Source: an uncultured Bacillota bacterium
GTDB taxonomy: Bacteria > Bacillota_I > Bacilli_A > RF39 > UBA660
Assembly: GCA_946407495.1 (NCBI GenBank)
Contig: CAMJOB010000003.1
Span: 1 to 63,129 of the forward strand
Length of the DNA: 63,129 bases
Reading direction: 5' to 3'
The position numbers were made by a program, and so were the translations under genes. Of the stretch, positions 1-9,424 are shown in pieces; within the stretch, counting starts at the first letter, position 1, and each line of letters opens with the position of its first letter. Below the pieces are notes generated by a model. It saw nothing but the letters and a program-made list of their open reading frames with translations, made no database searches and had not been told where the DNA came from.

Positions 1-29
1 TATACAATAATCATACAGAGAGTGAACCT

Positions 30-233
30 ATGTCTTTTGATATGGTTCATTATCCTACATTACCTTGTGACGGTGAGACAATACTTCCATTTTTTGTTGA
101 AAAGGATAGAGAAATAATTAAGAAAAGATTAGATTGGGATAGAAAACATAGACCTTGTTTACCATATTATGAAAGAAAATATGAAGAAGTTACTGATAAG
201 GTATATGATTTGTTAGTGAAAGAAAAAAAGTAG
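30..233 (+). CDS. small hypothetical protein (67 aa)
   Basis: Intact ORF ending in a hairpin terminator. No motif recognised. Confidence 0.35.
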   Translation: MSFDMVHYPTLPCDGETILPFFVEKDREIIKKRLDWDRKHRPCLPYYERKYEEVTDKVYDLLVKEKK

Positions 234-248
234 TTCTTAGAACTACTT
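223..248. repeat. 26-nt palindromic hairpin, copy 1 (AAAAAAAGTAGTTCTTAGAACTACTT); acts as a bidirectional terminator
   Basis: Stem AGTAGTTC/GAACTACT flanked by an A-run and a T-run. An identical 26-mer recurs at 600-625. Confidence 0.8.
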
Positions 249-572
249 TTCTTTTATTTGAAAATATTTTTTATAGAGAGCTTGTACTCCGTTTTCTAAA
301 TAGTAATAGTGAAATATGTATGGAACGAATAAACAGAAAGTAATAATAAATAATAGAGTCATTCCAATACTTTCTAATAGTACTGAGAAGAATAAGAATA
401 ATATCGTTGCAAGTGCAGTCATAAAAGTTACTATTAAGTGAACTAATCTTTCGTGTTGGAAGAATTTTATTTGGATTAATATTTCTTCTAATAGATCTTC
501 TTTATTATCTACTTTTTTACTTTTTATTACTTTGTCTAAATATTCATTATATTCTTTTAAACTCTCTTTCAT
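243..572 (-). CDS. small membrane protein (109 aa; N-terminal charged helix, two C-terminal TM helices)
   Basis: ORF with two hydrophobic ~20-aa segments (LIVTFMTALATILFLFFSVLL, MTLLFIITFCLFVPYIF). No family recognised. Confidence 0.5.
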   Translation of the reverse strand: MKESLKEYNEYLDKVIKSKKVDNKEDLLEEILIQIKFFQHERLVHLIVTFMTALATILFLFFSVLLESIGMTLLFIITFCLFVPYIFHYYYLENGVQALYKKYFQIKEK

Positions 573-599
573 ATTCTCACATCCTAAAAATATTATAAC

Positions 600-625
600 A
601 AAAAAAGTAGTTCTTAGAACTACTT
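600..625. repeat. 26-nt palindromic hairpin, copy 2; terminator position for gmk
   Basis: Exact copy of 223-248, overlapping the gmk stop codon. Confidence 0.8.
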
Positions 626-1301
626 ATTTTATTAGTTGTTTTGCATTGTCAAAATCTTTTTCCATTAATAATTCGTGGATTTCTTCTTCTTTAGTATCTA
701 GGAATACTTCTTCAATACGATCAACTCTACATTTTTCTGCATTAAGAATAGATTCTACTTTATTAACTGCATCTTCTAATTTATCATTAACAACTACATA
801 GTTATATTTAGTAACTTCATTTATTTCTTGATATGCAGCATGGAAACGTTTAAGAATTTTTTCATTATCTTCTGTTCCACGTTTCTTTAATCTACGTACT
901 AATTCTTTTAGAGAAGGTGGCATTATAAATATAAATACTGCTTCTGGAATTAGTTTCTTAATATTGGCTGCTCCTTCAATTTCAATAATTAGAATTACAT
1001 CTATTCCTTTATTTATTTTTTTCTCGATATATTCTTTTGGAGTACCATAATAGTTACCAGCATAATTTGTATATTCTAGGAAGTATCCTTCTTCTATCTT
1101 TTTTTCAAATTCTTCTTTTGATAGATAGTAGTAATCAACTCCTTCTTGTTCTCCTTCTCTTGGTGCACGTGAAGTAGCAGATACTGATACCCAACGTTCA
1201 TCTGGATTGTTTTTCATTAATTCTTTTACTACTGTATCTTTACCAGCACCAGATGGGGCAGAGATTACAATTACTTGTCCTGTTTTCTTTTGTTTAATCA
1301 T
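624..1301 (-). CDS. gmk: guanylate kinase
   Basis: P-loop ISAPSGAGKDT, TTR-type motif SATSRAPREGEQEGVDYYY, and NYYGTP. Confidence 0.93.
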   Translation of the reverse strand: MIKQKKTGQVIVISAPSGAGKDTVVKELMKNNPDERWVSVSATSRAPREGEQEGVDYYYLSKEEFEKKIEEGYFLEYTNYAGNYYGTPKEYIEKKINKGIDVILIIEIEGAANIKKLIPEAVFIFIMPPSLKELVRRLKKRGTEDNEKILKRFHAAYQEINEVTKYNYVVVNDKLEDAVNKVESILNAEKCRVDRIEEVFLDTKEEEIHELLMEKDFDNAKQLIK

Positions 1302-2445
1302 GATTATCCTCCTTATTTAGATGATTTTTATATTCCTCTTCAATTAATTCTTTATATGAATTTGAAGTTAAAGCATATATTTTAGTTGTTTCTATTTCGA
1401 AATCTAACATAGGATCTTTAGTTCTATTAATTTTACTAATAATAGGAATATCTATATCTTTTTTAACTTTATTTAGATAAGTTCTTCCTTTGTTAGAGAA
1501 ACCTAATAAACGGATATACGAAATATTATTATATTTTTTAGCATCTTCTTTTGTGAATCCTACTAAGATATGTAATAACATTCTTTGTATTTTATTTTGA
1601 GTATATCTTTTACTTTTTAATTTATCTAATAGTTCTGAATAAGAATTAGAATTTATTATTTCTTTTTTCATTAATTGATCTATTCCCTCAGTTACTGTTT
1701 GATAGATAGATAAATCTTTTTCTGTTAGTATTTTATATTTTAAATATGGATAATAATCTTCTATAAAATGTAGTTCTGTTAAATATGGAATAACATAATC
1801 TGGAACATTTTCTTTTACATCTCTTCCTTCTTGTAGAGCTAGTCTTATTGAGGTTGCGGAAGAGATAGATTCGGAATTGTTAGTATTATGATATTCATTT
1901 GTTCTTTTTATAGTTTCTGGAATAATTTTATAATTATTCTTTTTTATAGTTTTTATATAACTTATACCTAATAGATCATTAGGAGTATCTATTACTTTAC
2001 CAGTTAATTCTTTTAAAGCTAGTGATAAAGAAGTAGGGTAATTATACCCTTGTTTATTATAGTAGTGAACTAATAAATCGAATTCTTCATTATTTAGTTG
2101 TGCATTAACTATTTCTTCTAAATCATTTATATTATCTGATTCACTTCCAAATACTACTTTATCTACTTTTAGTTTTTCTAGTAAAGTAATACCTCCATAA
2201 GCAAAGTAATCAGCAGATTGTGTTGCGAATGGGAAAGGTAATTCTACTATTAGATCTATACCTGCTTTTAAAGAAATATTTGCTTTTTTAAATTTATCTA
2301 TAATTGATGGTTCTCCACGTTCTGTGAAATTACCACTCATTACTAAAACGATTGTTGAATCAGGATATTTTTCTTTTATCTTTTCTATTTGATATAAATG
2401 TCCATTATGAAATGGATTATATTCTGCAATAATACCAATTGTCAT
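1294..2445 (-). CDS. tmcAL: tRNA(Met) cytidine acetate ligase (YlbM/TmcAL family nucleotidyltransferase)
   Basis: IIAEYNPFHNGHLYQ and VMSGNFTERGEP motifs, co-linear with B. subtilis YlbM. Start moved to the ATG at 2445, which is preceded by AAGAGGG. Confidence 0.85.
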   Translation of the reverse strand: MTIGIIAEYNPFHNGHLYQIEKIKEKYPDSTIVLVMSGNFTERGEPSIIDKFKKANISLKAGIDLIVELPFPFATQSADYFAYGGITLLEKLKVDKVVFGSESDNINDLEEIVNAQLNNEEFDLLVHYYNKQGYNYPTSLSLALKELTGKVIDTPNDLLGISYIKTIKKNNYKIIPETIKRTNEYHNTNNSESISSATSIRLALQEGRDVKENVPDYVIPYLTELHFIEDYYPYLKYKILTEKDLSIYQTVTEGIDQLMKKEIINSNSYSELLDKLKSKRYTQNKIQRMLLHILVGFTKEDAKKYNNISYIRLLGFSNKGRTYLNKVKKDIDIPIISKINRTKDPMLDFEIETTKIYALTSNSYKELIEEEYKNHLNKEDNHD

Positions 2446-2603
2446 AGATATCCCTCTTTCTTTTGTCTCATATATTAGCATATTTTTGAAATCTTTACAA
2501 TTGTTATCATAAATTATAATGAACGTAAAGAAAGTGTTTCTTTTCGTCTAAAATCACATAGATGCTTGAAATTATGGTATAATGAAATAACTGAGGTGAG
2601 TGC

Positions 2604-3680
2604 ATGAGAGCAGTCGTAGTTGCAGGTGGTACTGGTGGACATATTTATCCAGCTTTAGCCATCATAAATAAAATTAAAGAAAAAGAACCTGATAGTGAGA
2701 TTTTATATTTTGGAACAACTGATAGAATGGAGAAAGATATTATTCCTAATAAAGGTATTCCATATATTGGTTTAGAGATGAGTGGATTAAATCGTAAAAA
2801 TCCATTTGGTAATGTTAAGGTTCTTAAGAAGTTTTTTAAAGCGGTAAAACAAGCACAAGTAGAATTAAAGAAATTTAATCCAGATATAGTTATTGGTGTA
2901 GGTGGTTATATTACTGCACCTGTATTATATGCTGCACATAAATTAAAACTACCAGTAGTAATTCATGAACAAAATTCTATTGCAGGATTATCAAATCAAT
3001 TTATTGCGAATTTTGCGAATAAAGTATTTGTATCTTTACCTGGAACTGTAAAGGATTTTTCTAAAAATAAAGTTGTTTATACTGGTAATCCTAGAAGTGA
3101 AGAGATTGTTTCTACACCTAAAGTTACTAAAGAATCTTTAGGATTTGATAAAAATAAAAAACTTGTTGTTGTAGTTATGGGTTCTTTGGGATCTACAACT
3201 ATGACTAAAAAGCTAAAAGAATTAATTCCTGGTTTTAGTAATAAGGCTTATCAAGTATTATTAATTACTGGTAAAGCTTATTATGATGATTATAAAGATG
3301 TAGAAGTTCCAGAGAATGTTAAATTAGAACCATTTATGGATAATTTAATTGGATTACTTAAAGATAGTGATCTAATTGTTTCTCGTGCAGGAGCATCTAC
3401 TATAGCAGAGATAACTGCAATTGGTTTACCTGCTATATTAGTACCATCTCCATATGTAACTCATAATCATCAATATTTAAATGCATTAGAGTTACGTGAT
3501 GCTGGAGCATGTGTATTAGTTACAGAAGAAGAATTTGATAAAGATAGAATTCTTAATGAGATTGATAAACTATTTGATAATTTAGAATCTTATAGTAAAA
3601 TGAGAGTAGATAGTGAAAAGTTAGGAGTAAAAGACTCTGCTACTAAAATCTATGACGAAATAAAACGTTTGATTGGGTGA
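2604..3680 (+). CDS. murG: UDP-GlcNAc:lipid I N-acetylglucosaminyltransferase
   Basis: N-terminal GGTGGHIYPALA, C-terminal SRAGASTIAE and HQYLNA motifs. Confidence 0.93.
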   Translation: MRAVVVAGGTGGHIYPALAIINKIKEKEPDSEILYFGTTDRMEKDIIPNKGIPYIGLEMSGLNRKNPFGNVKVLKKFFKAVKQAQVELKKFNPDIVIGVGGYITAPVLYAAHKLKLPVVIHEQNSIAGLSNQFIANFANKVFVSLPGTVKDFSKNKVVYTGNPRSEEIVSTPKVTKESLGFDKNKKLVVVVMGSLGSTTMTKKLKELIPGFSNKAYQVLLITGKAYYDDYKDVEVPENVKLEPFMDNLIGLLKDSDLIVSRAGASTIAEITAIGLPAILVPSPYVTHNHQYLNALELRDAGACVLVTEEEFDKDRILNEIDKLFDNLESYSKMRVDSEKLGVKDSATKIYDEIKRLIG

Positions 3681-3685
3681 TTTTA

Positions 3686-4594
3686 ATGGATAATGTCCTT
3701 GAAATAGTAGAAAAAGAAAACATTGGTAAAATTGAACAAAATGTTTCTTTGATAAAATATACAACTTATAAAGTAGGTGGAACTGCTAGAGCTATTGTTT
3801 ATCCACGTAATGTTAATTGTTTAATTGATTTAATTAAATTATGTAGAGAAAATAATATTAAATATAAGATTCTTGGTAATGGATCTAATTTATTATTTAG
3901 TAGTAAACCTTATGATGGAATATTAATTAAATTAGATGAGTTTAATAAATTAAAGTTTTCTGGTCCAAATAAGATTGTTGTTGGAGCAGGATATTCATTA
4001 ATTAAGTTATGTTTAGTGGCATGTAAGAAATCATTAGCAGGTTTAGAGTTTGCAGCAGGTATTCCTGGATGTGTAGGTGGAGCAGTATATATGAATGCTG
4101 GGGCTTACAAAAGTGATATGGGATATGTTGTACAAAGTGTTAAAGTACTTACACCAGATTTAAAGATTATTAATCTTACTAATAAAGAGATGAATTTCCA
4201 TTATCGTACATCTTTTTTACAAACACATCCTGGATATATATGTCTAGAAGTTACTTTAAAATTACATAAAGGTAAAAAAGAAGCAATAGAGGAAGTTATT
4301 AAAGAAAGACGTCAAAGACGTATTAGTTCTCAACCATTAGAGTATCCTTCTGCAGGAAGTGTATTTAGAAATCCTGAAGGTATGTTTGCAGGACAAATGA
4401 TTGAAGAACTTGGATTAAAAGGAATGAGAAAAGGTGGAGCAATGGTTAGTGAAAAACATGCCAACTTCATTATTAATTATGATCATGCTACAGGCGAAGA
4501 AATTAAAGAATTAATTGAATATGTTCGTGATCAAGTAAAAGAAAAATATAATGTAGAAATGAAAGTAGAACAAGAATTTGTAAATTGGGAGTAG
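3686..4594 (+). CDS. murB: UDP-N-acetylenolpyruvoylglucosamine reductase
   Basis: YTTYKVGGTA, GIPGCVGGAVYMNAGAY and PSAGSVFRNP motifs. The start could instead be the GTG at 3677, overlapping the murG stop. Confidence 0.92.
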   Translation: MDNVLEIVEKENIGKIEQNVSLIKYTTYKVGGTARAIVYPRNVNCLIDLIKLCRENNIKYKILGNGSNLLFSSKPYDGILIKLDEFNKLKFSGPNKIVVGAGYSLIKLCLVACKKSLAGLEFAAGIPGCVGGAVYMNAGAYKSDMGYVVQSVKVLTPDLKIINLTNKEMNFHYRTSFLQTHPGYICLEVTLKLHKGKKEAIEEVIKERRQRRISSQPLEYPSAGSVFRNPEGMFAGQMIEELGLKGMRKGGAMVSEKHANFIINYDHATGEEIKELIEYVRDQVKEKYNVEMKVEQEFVNWE

Positions 4595-4603
4595 AATAGG
4601 CAT

Positions 4604-5287
4604 ATGAAACTAGTTAAAAGAAGGAAAATAAAATTCTTTAATTTGTTTTTATTGTTACTTGTAGTAGCAGTTCTTTCTTTTGGAGTTTATTTATTTATTC
4701 AAATACCAGTTAAAAATATAATTATTTCTAATAATAAATATTTAAATGATGATTATATTATTAGATTTAGTGGTTTAAAGAATTATCCAAATTATTATTC
4801 TTTTACTTCTTTTTCTATGAAGAAGAAATTAGAGAAATCTCCTTATATTGAGAAAGTTAAAGTTAAGAGAAGATTTTTTCATACAATAGAAATTAGTGTT
4901 AAAGAGAGTAAGCCTTTATATTATCGAGATAGTGATAAGAGGATAGTGTTTGCGGATGGTACTGCTTATAAACAGGATTCAGAGTTTGTAGTGTTTCAAA
5001 TACCAAGAGTACTTAATTATATACCTAATGAAATATATGATGATTTCTTAAAGGCTATGGATAAAGTTAATGATGATACACTTAGTCGTATAAGTGATAT
5101 ATCGTATGATCCTAATGATATAGATAAAGAGAGATTTTTACTTTATATGGATGATGGTAATATGGTTTATTTAACAATTACTAAGTTTAAGATGATTAAT
5201 TATTACAATACTGTATTACAACAATTAGAGGATAGAAAGGGTATCTTATATTTAGACAATGGAAATCATTTCCAAATAAAGGAGTAG
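4604..5287 (+). CDS. divIB: cell division protein DivIB/FtsQ
   Basis: Single N-terminal TM followed by a POTRA-like segment. Position after murB in the dcw cluster. Confidence 0.72.
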   Translation: MKLVKRRKIKFFNLFLLLLVVAVLSFGVYLFIQIPVKNIIISNNKYLNDDYIIRFSGLKNYPNYYSFTSFSMKKKLEKSPYIEKVKVKRRFFHTIEISVKESKPLYYRDSDKRIVFADGTAYKQDSEFVVFQIPRVLNYIPNEIYDDFLKAMDKVNDDTLSRISDISYDPNDIDKERFLLYMDDGNMVYLTITKFKMINYYNTVLQQLEDRKGILYLDNGNHFQIKE

Positions 5288-5293
5288 TGAATT

Positions 5294-6727
5294 ATGAAAG
5301 AGATGTTGAAGTTTTATCAGAAGTGTAAGTATATTCATTATCTTCTTTTTTTTCTGCCAATAATTGTAGTATGTTGTATGGATATGTTTGCAGGACCTGA
5401 TTTTTGGTTTTTACATGAGTATGGTAAACATATAATTAGTAGTGGTATTCCACATACAGATTTTTTAAGTATGCATAGTGGATTACATCTAGTAATGCAA
5501 CAATGGTTATCTAGTGTAATATTCTATTTGATTTATCATTATCTAGGTAAACGTGGAATAGTATTATTTGTAATGGGGATAGTTGGTGCTTATACTTTTA
5601 TTCTTTATAAATTATTAATGTTAATTACTAAGAAGGATACTTTTTTATCAACAATATTTAGTGTTCTTACAGTACTTTTATTAGCAACTAATTTTGTACT
5701 TATTAGACCACAATTATTTACTTATTTGTTCTTATTTATAGAATTATTAATAATGGAATATTATAGTCGTAATAAAGATACTAAATGGATATGGGTATTA
5801 CCTGTAATTGCTTTATTACAAGTAAATCTACATGCAGCTTTATTCTTTATATTATTCTTATTTATACTTCCTTATTTAGTTACATATATTATTAAGAAAG
5901 ATAGTAAATGGAAGAAGTTATTATTAGTATTTATAATTATGCTTTTAGTAGGTTTTATTAATCCTAATGGAGTAGAAGTATTTACTTTCTTATTTAAGAC
6001 TTTAGGTAGAAGTGACTTTACTGATTTTGTTATGGAGATGAAGCCAACTGCTTTTAATCTTGAATATCAAATTAATATTATCTTTTATATATTATTATTA
6101 ATTGAAGTTAGTTTATTTACTTATAGTAAGAAAAAAGTTAGTTTAGAACATTTCTTCTTCTTTTTAGGAACATTTATTTTAGCTATACTAAATGTTCGTA
6201 ATATAGCATTCTTTATAATAGGAACAATACCTTTTGTTAGTTTATTATTTAAGAGTAAAAAGAGAGAGACTGAAGGTACATTTAAAATGTATTTACCTTT
6301 ATATATAGTAATGGTATTAGTATGTTGTTTCTATTTTGGAATTAATAGATCAGTTGATAGTAGTAAAGTTAGTGGAGCAGCTGATTACTTAGATACAGTA
6401 AAAGATGAAATGGTATTATATGCTGATTTTGATTATGGTAGTTATTTAGAATATCGTGGATTTCATCCATATATAGATTCTAGAGCAGAAGTATACTTTA
6501 AATCTATGAATAAGAAGTTTGATTATTTTGATGAATACTATTTATTAGAACATGGAAGAAGTAGTGCATCTGCATTTGTTAATAAATATGATTTTAGTCA
6601 TATGGTAGTATCTAGAAGTAGTTATCTAGCAGTATATCTAAGTACTAATCCTGCTTATAAAGTAGGGTACTCTGATGATGACTTTATAGTATATGAAAAG
6701 AATATAATTTTATTAGAAATAAAATAA
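5294..6727 (+). CDS. polytopic membrane protein, possible GT-C fold glycosyltransferase (477 aa)
   Basis: About 12 hydrophobic helices, an acidic first-loop motif (CMDMFAGPDFWF) and a ~110-aa soluble C-terminal domain. The family call is tentative. Confidence 0.45.
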   Translation: MKEMLKFYQKCKYIHYLLFFLPIIVVCCMDMFAGPDFWFLHEYGKHIISSGIPHTDFLSMHSGLHLVMQQWLSSVIFYLIYHYLGKRGIVLFVMGIVGAYTFILYKLLMLITKKDTFLSTIFSVLTVLLLATNFVLIRPQLFTYLFLFIELLIMEYYSRNKDTKWIWVLPVIALLQVNLHAALFFILFLFILPYLVTYIIKKDSKWKKLLLVFIIMLLVGFINPNGVEVFTFLFKTLGRSDFTDFVMEMKPTAFNLEYQINIIFYILLLIEVSLFTYSKKKVSLEHFFFFLGTFILAILNVRNIAFFIIGTIPFVSLLFKSKKRETEGTFKMYLPLYIVMVLVCCFYFGINRSVDSSKVSGAADYLDTVKDEMVLYADFDYGSYLEYRGFHPYIDSRAEVYFKSMNKKFDYFDEYYLLEHGRSSASAFVNKYDFSHMVVSRSSYLAVYLSTNPAYKVGYSDDDFIVYEKNIILLEIK

Positions 6728-6760
6728 AAAGTAATTAGAGAAATCTAATTACTTTATTTT
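6727..6760. terminator. bidirectional rho-independent terminator between convergent genes
   Basis: 9-bp stem AGTAATTAG/CTAATTACT flanked by an A-run and a T-run. Confidence 0.7.
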
Positions 6761-8071
6761 GTATATAGAATAATTATTTAGATAATCTATTACTTGACCA
6801 TTTTCTTTAATATAGTCTATTACTTTAAAGTCATATTGTACAGAAGATGATTCTTTATCTTCTGTATTATCTATAAAATAATATGTATTTTCTTTATCTT
6901 GTTCTTTTATTCTTTTTATTATTTTATCTGAACCATGATATCCATTATTACCTGTTAGTGTTAGATCTAAGAAATCTATTTTTTTATCTAATATTAATTT
7001 ATAGTAATAAGCACTATAATCTAACATAATTATTTTTTTATCTTTATTATTATTCATATAATTAATTATTGCATTAGTTCTATCTTGAGCAACTGAGTTC
7101 ATTATTTTATACTCAAAGTGTTTTATATTATTTGGAAATATTTTATTTTCTATTCTACTTAGAAGTAGTGTTTGTGAATAAATAGAACTTAATATTAAAG
7201 CTATAATAACTGGTAGAATTATCTTCTTTTTAGTTATAGATAGTAGTAAAGTAATATATGCAAATACTACTAATTGTAGATGAGTTAAATCTAATATTGG
7301 GATAGCTACAACATAGAATGATAGATAATATAAATATTTATTATCTTTTTTAATTATTAAATAAATAGTGTGAATTAATATTAAGATAAATACTATTATT
7401 GTGAATAAACTTTTTTCTTTATTAGATCCTGCAAAATCAAATAATCCGAATAGACAATAGTCTAGGAATGGAATAAGAGAATTAGTAATTAATAAATAAA
7501 ATATAAATAATAATATTGGGAATAATTCCCAGATGATTATCTTTTTTAATTTATCTTTATTATTTCTATTAATAATAATAGAAGCTATTGTTAAAAATAC
7601 ACCTATAGTTTGTTTAGTTAAAATACTTAGTCCTAATAATAAACCTGTTGTTTTATCATTATTCTTAGATTCAGAATAGATTATTGCGAATAATAAAAAT
7701 AGTGATAATACGTTATATTGTGGTGTTAGGAAGAAACTTATAAATATAAATGGTAATAGTAATAATACTATTATTTTTTTATTTATCATTTGGTATAATA
7801 TATAGTACATTTCAGTAAGTAAAAGTGCTTGTGTTAGATATACCATTAACATATTATTCCATATTAATAATGGAATAGATAATATAAATGGATATAGGGG
7901 AGTTACTACGATATTAAAGTCTCTATATGGGACCATTCCTTTAGAGATATTACTAGCAAATCCATACATCCATATCTCATCACAAGTTAATTCTTTTGTG
8001 AATATTAGGGCTACTACAAATACTATGTATAATAATAACCATGAGAGTGTTTTTAATAGTACTTTTTTCAT
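6749..8071 (-). CDS. polytopic membrane protein, ArnT/PMT-like (GT-C) glycosyltransferase candidate (440 aa)
   Basis: Many TM helices, a DE motif in the first loop (CDEIWMYGFA), a soluble C-terminal domain and a strong AGGAGG RBS. Confidence 0.5.
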   Translation of the reverse strand: MKKVLLKTLSWLLLYIVFVVALIFTKELTCDEIWMYGFASNISKGMVPYRDFNIVVTPLYPFILSIPLLIWNNMLMVYLTQALLLTEMYYILYQMINKKIIVLLLLPFIFISFFLTPQYNVLSLFLLFAIIYSESKNNDKTTGLLLGLSILTKQTIGVFLTIASIIINRNNKDKLKKIIIWELFPILLFIFYLLITNSLIPFLDYCLFGLFDFAGSNKEKSLFTIIVFILILIHTIYLIIKKDNKYLYYLSFYVVAIPILDLTHLQLVVFAYITLLLSITKKKIILPVIIALILSSIYSQTLLLSRIENKIFPNNIKHFEYKIMNSVAQDRTNAIINYMNNNKDKKIIMLDYSAYYYKLILDKKIDFLDLTLTGNNGYHGSDKIIKRIKEQDKENTYYFIDNTEDKESSSVQYDFKVIDYIKENGQVIDYLNNYSIYKIK

Positions 8072-8179
8072 TATAAACCTCCTGAGTTTATTATAAGGTA
8101 TTTTAACAAAATTTAATGAAAAACTTTGAAAGTTTTATGTTTTATAGTATAATGACTTATAGGATAGGAGAAGAAATCT

Positions 8180-9412
8180 ATGAGTAATGTTTATGCAGGA
8201 ATTGAATTAGGTACTGATAGTGTTAAACTTGTAGTTTGTGAAAAGGCACAAGGCAAGTTTCATGTTTTAGCTGCTAGTTCATCTGAGAGTAAAGGTGTTC
8301 GTAATGGGCAAATCGTTGATGATAAAGCATGTGTTATTAGTATTCAAAAAACATTAGATAGAGTTGAGAAGATGCTTGGCTTCCGTGTTAAGAAGGTTGT
8401 TTGCGCAGTTCCTCCAACAGATTGTAAGATGGATATTGTTGTAGGTAATGTTGAAGTAGTTAATCCTTCTGAAATTACTGGCTTAGATGTTAGTAATGTT
8501 TTAAATGAAGCTATTAAGGGTCATAGCTCTAATGGATTTGAAATAATTACAGCTACTCCTATTAGTTTTATAGTAGATGATAATGAGAATATTCGTGATC
8601 CTAAAGGTATGAGTGGAAATAATTTAGAAGCGAAGATTGTTATTAGTAGTATTCCTAAATCAACTTTATATAAAATACTAGAAGTAATTAATATGGCTGG
8701 TTTAGAAACTATAGATGTTGCTTATACTTCTACTGGTGATTATTATGCTACTCATAATGAGAAGTATGATAATAGTGTAGGATGTGTTATTAATATAGGT
8801 GAGACATCTACTAATATTTCTATTTTTAATAAAGGTATTCAAATTAAGAATGCTTTATTACCAGTAGGAAGTAACAATGTTGATAAAGATTTATCATATG
8901 TATTTAAATGCAATGGTAATGATTCTAGATATATGAAAGAGAACTTTGTTTTAGCTATGAAAGGGTATGCAGATGAGACTGAATCTTATTCTGTAGTATG
9001 TGCTGATGGAACTCCAAAAGACATTGCTCAAGTAGAGGCTTCAGAGGTTGTAGAAGCAAGAGTTCGAGAAATTTTAAATCTTTCCAAAAATGAAATAAAA
9101 AACTTAACAAATAGAGAAATACGTTATATAATTGTTACAGGTGGATTAAGCGAGTTACAAGGATTCCGTTATCTTGTAGATAATGAGTTTGAAGGACTAG
9201 CTAAGGTTTGTAAAATTTCTACTATTGGAATTAGACACAATAAGTATAGTAGTGCTTATGGTGTTATTCGTTATTTTGATGAAAAACTTTCTCTAAGAGG
9301 AAGAGATTATAATATGATAAGTAGTTATGATGAAGAAATTTTGACATCTACTGAAAATAACTTAAATGATGACTATAATATTCGTAATATATTTGGTCAT
9401 TTATACGATTAA
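8180..9412 (+). CDS. ftsA: cell division protein FtsA
   Basis: Actin-fold N-terminus (GIELGTDSVKLVV), VTGGLSE motif, immediately upstream of ftsZ. Confidence 0.92.
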   Translation: MSNVYAGIELGTDSVKLVVCEKAQGKFHVLAASSSESKGVRNGQIVDDKACVISIQKTLDRVEKMLGFRVKKVVCAVPPTDCKMDIVVGNVEVVNPSEITGLDVSNVLNEAIKGHSSNGFEIITATPISFIVDDNENIRDPKGMSGNNLEAKIVISSIPKSTLYKILEVINMAGLETIDVAYTSTGDYYATHNEKYDNSVGCVINIGETSTNISIFNKGIQIKNALLPVGSNNVDKDLSYVFKCNGNDSRYMKENFVLAMKGYADETESYSVVCADGTPKDIAQVEASEVVEARVREILNLSKNEIKNLTNREIRYIIVTGGLSELQGFRYLVDNEFEGLAKVCKISTIGIRHNKYSSAYGVIRYFDEKLSLRGRDYNMISSYDEEILTSTENNLNDDYNIRNIFGHLYD

Positions 9413-9424
9413 GGAGGACAAGAT

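Noticed and set aside
532-801. 89-aa + strand ORF spanning the 243-572 gene start and the gmk 3' end.
   Set aside because: It is antisense to two better-supported genes, Ser/Leu-rich and low-complexity, with no RBS.
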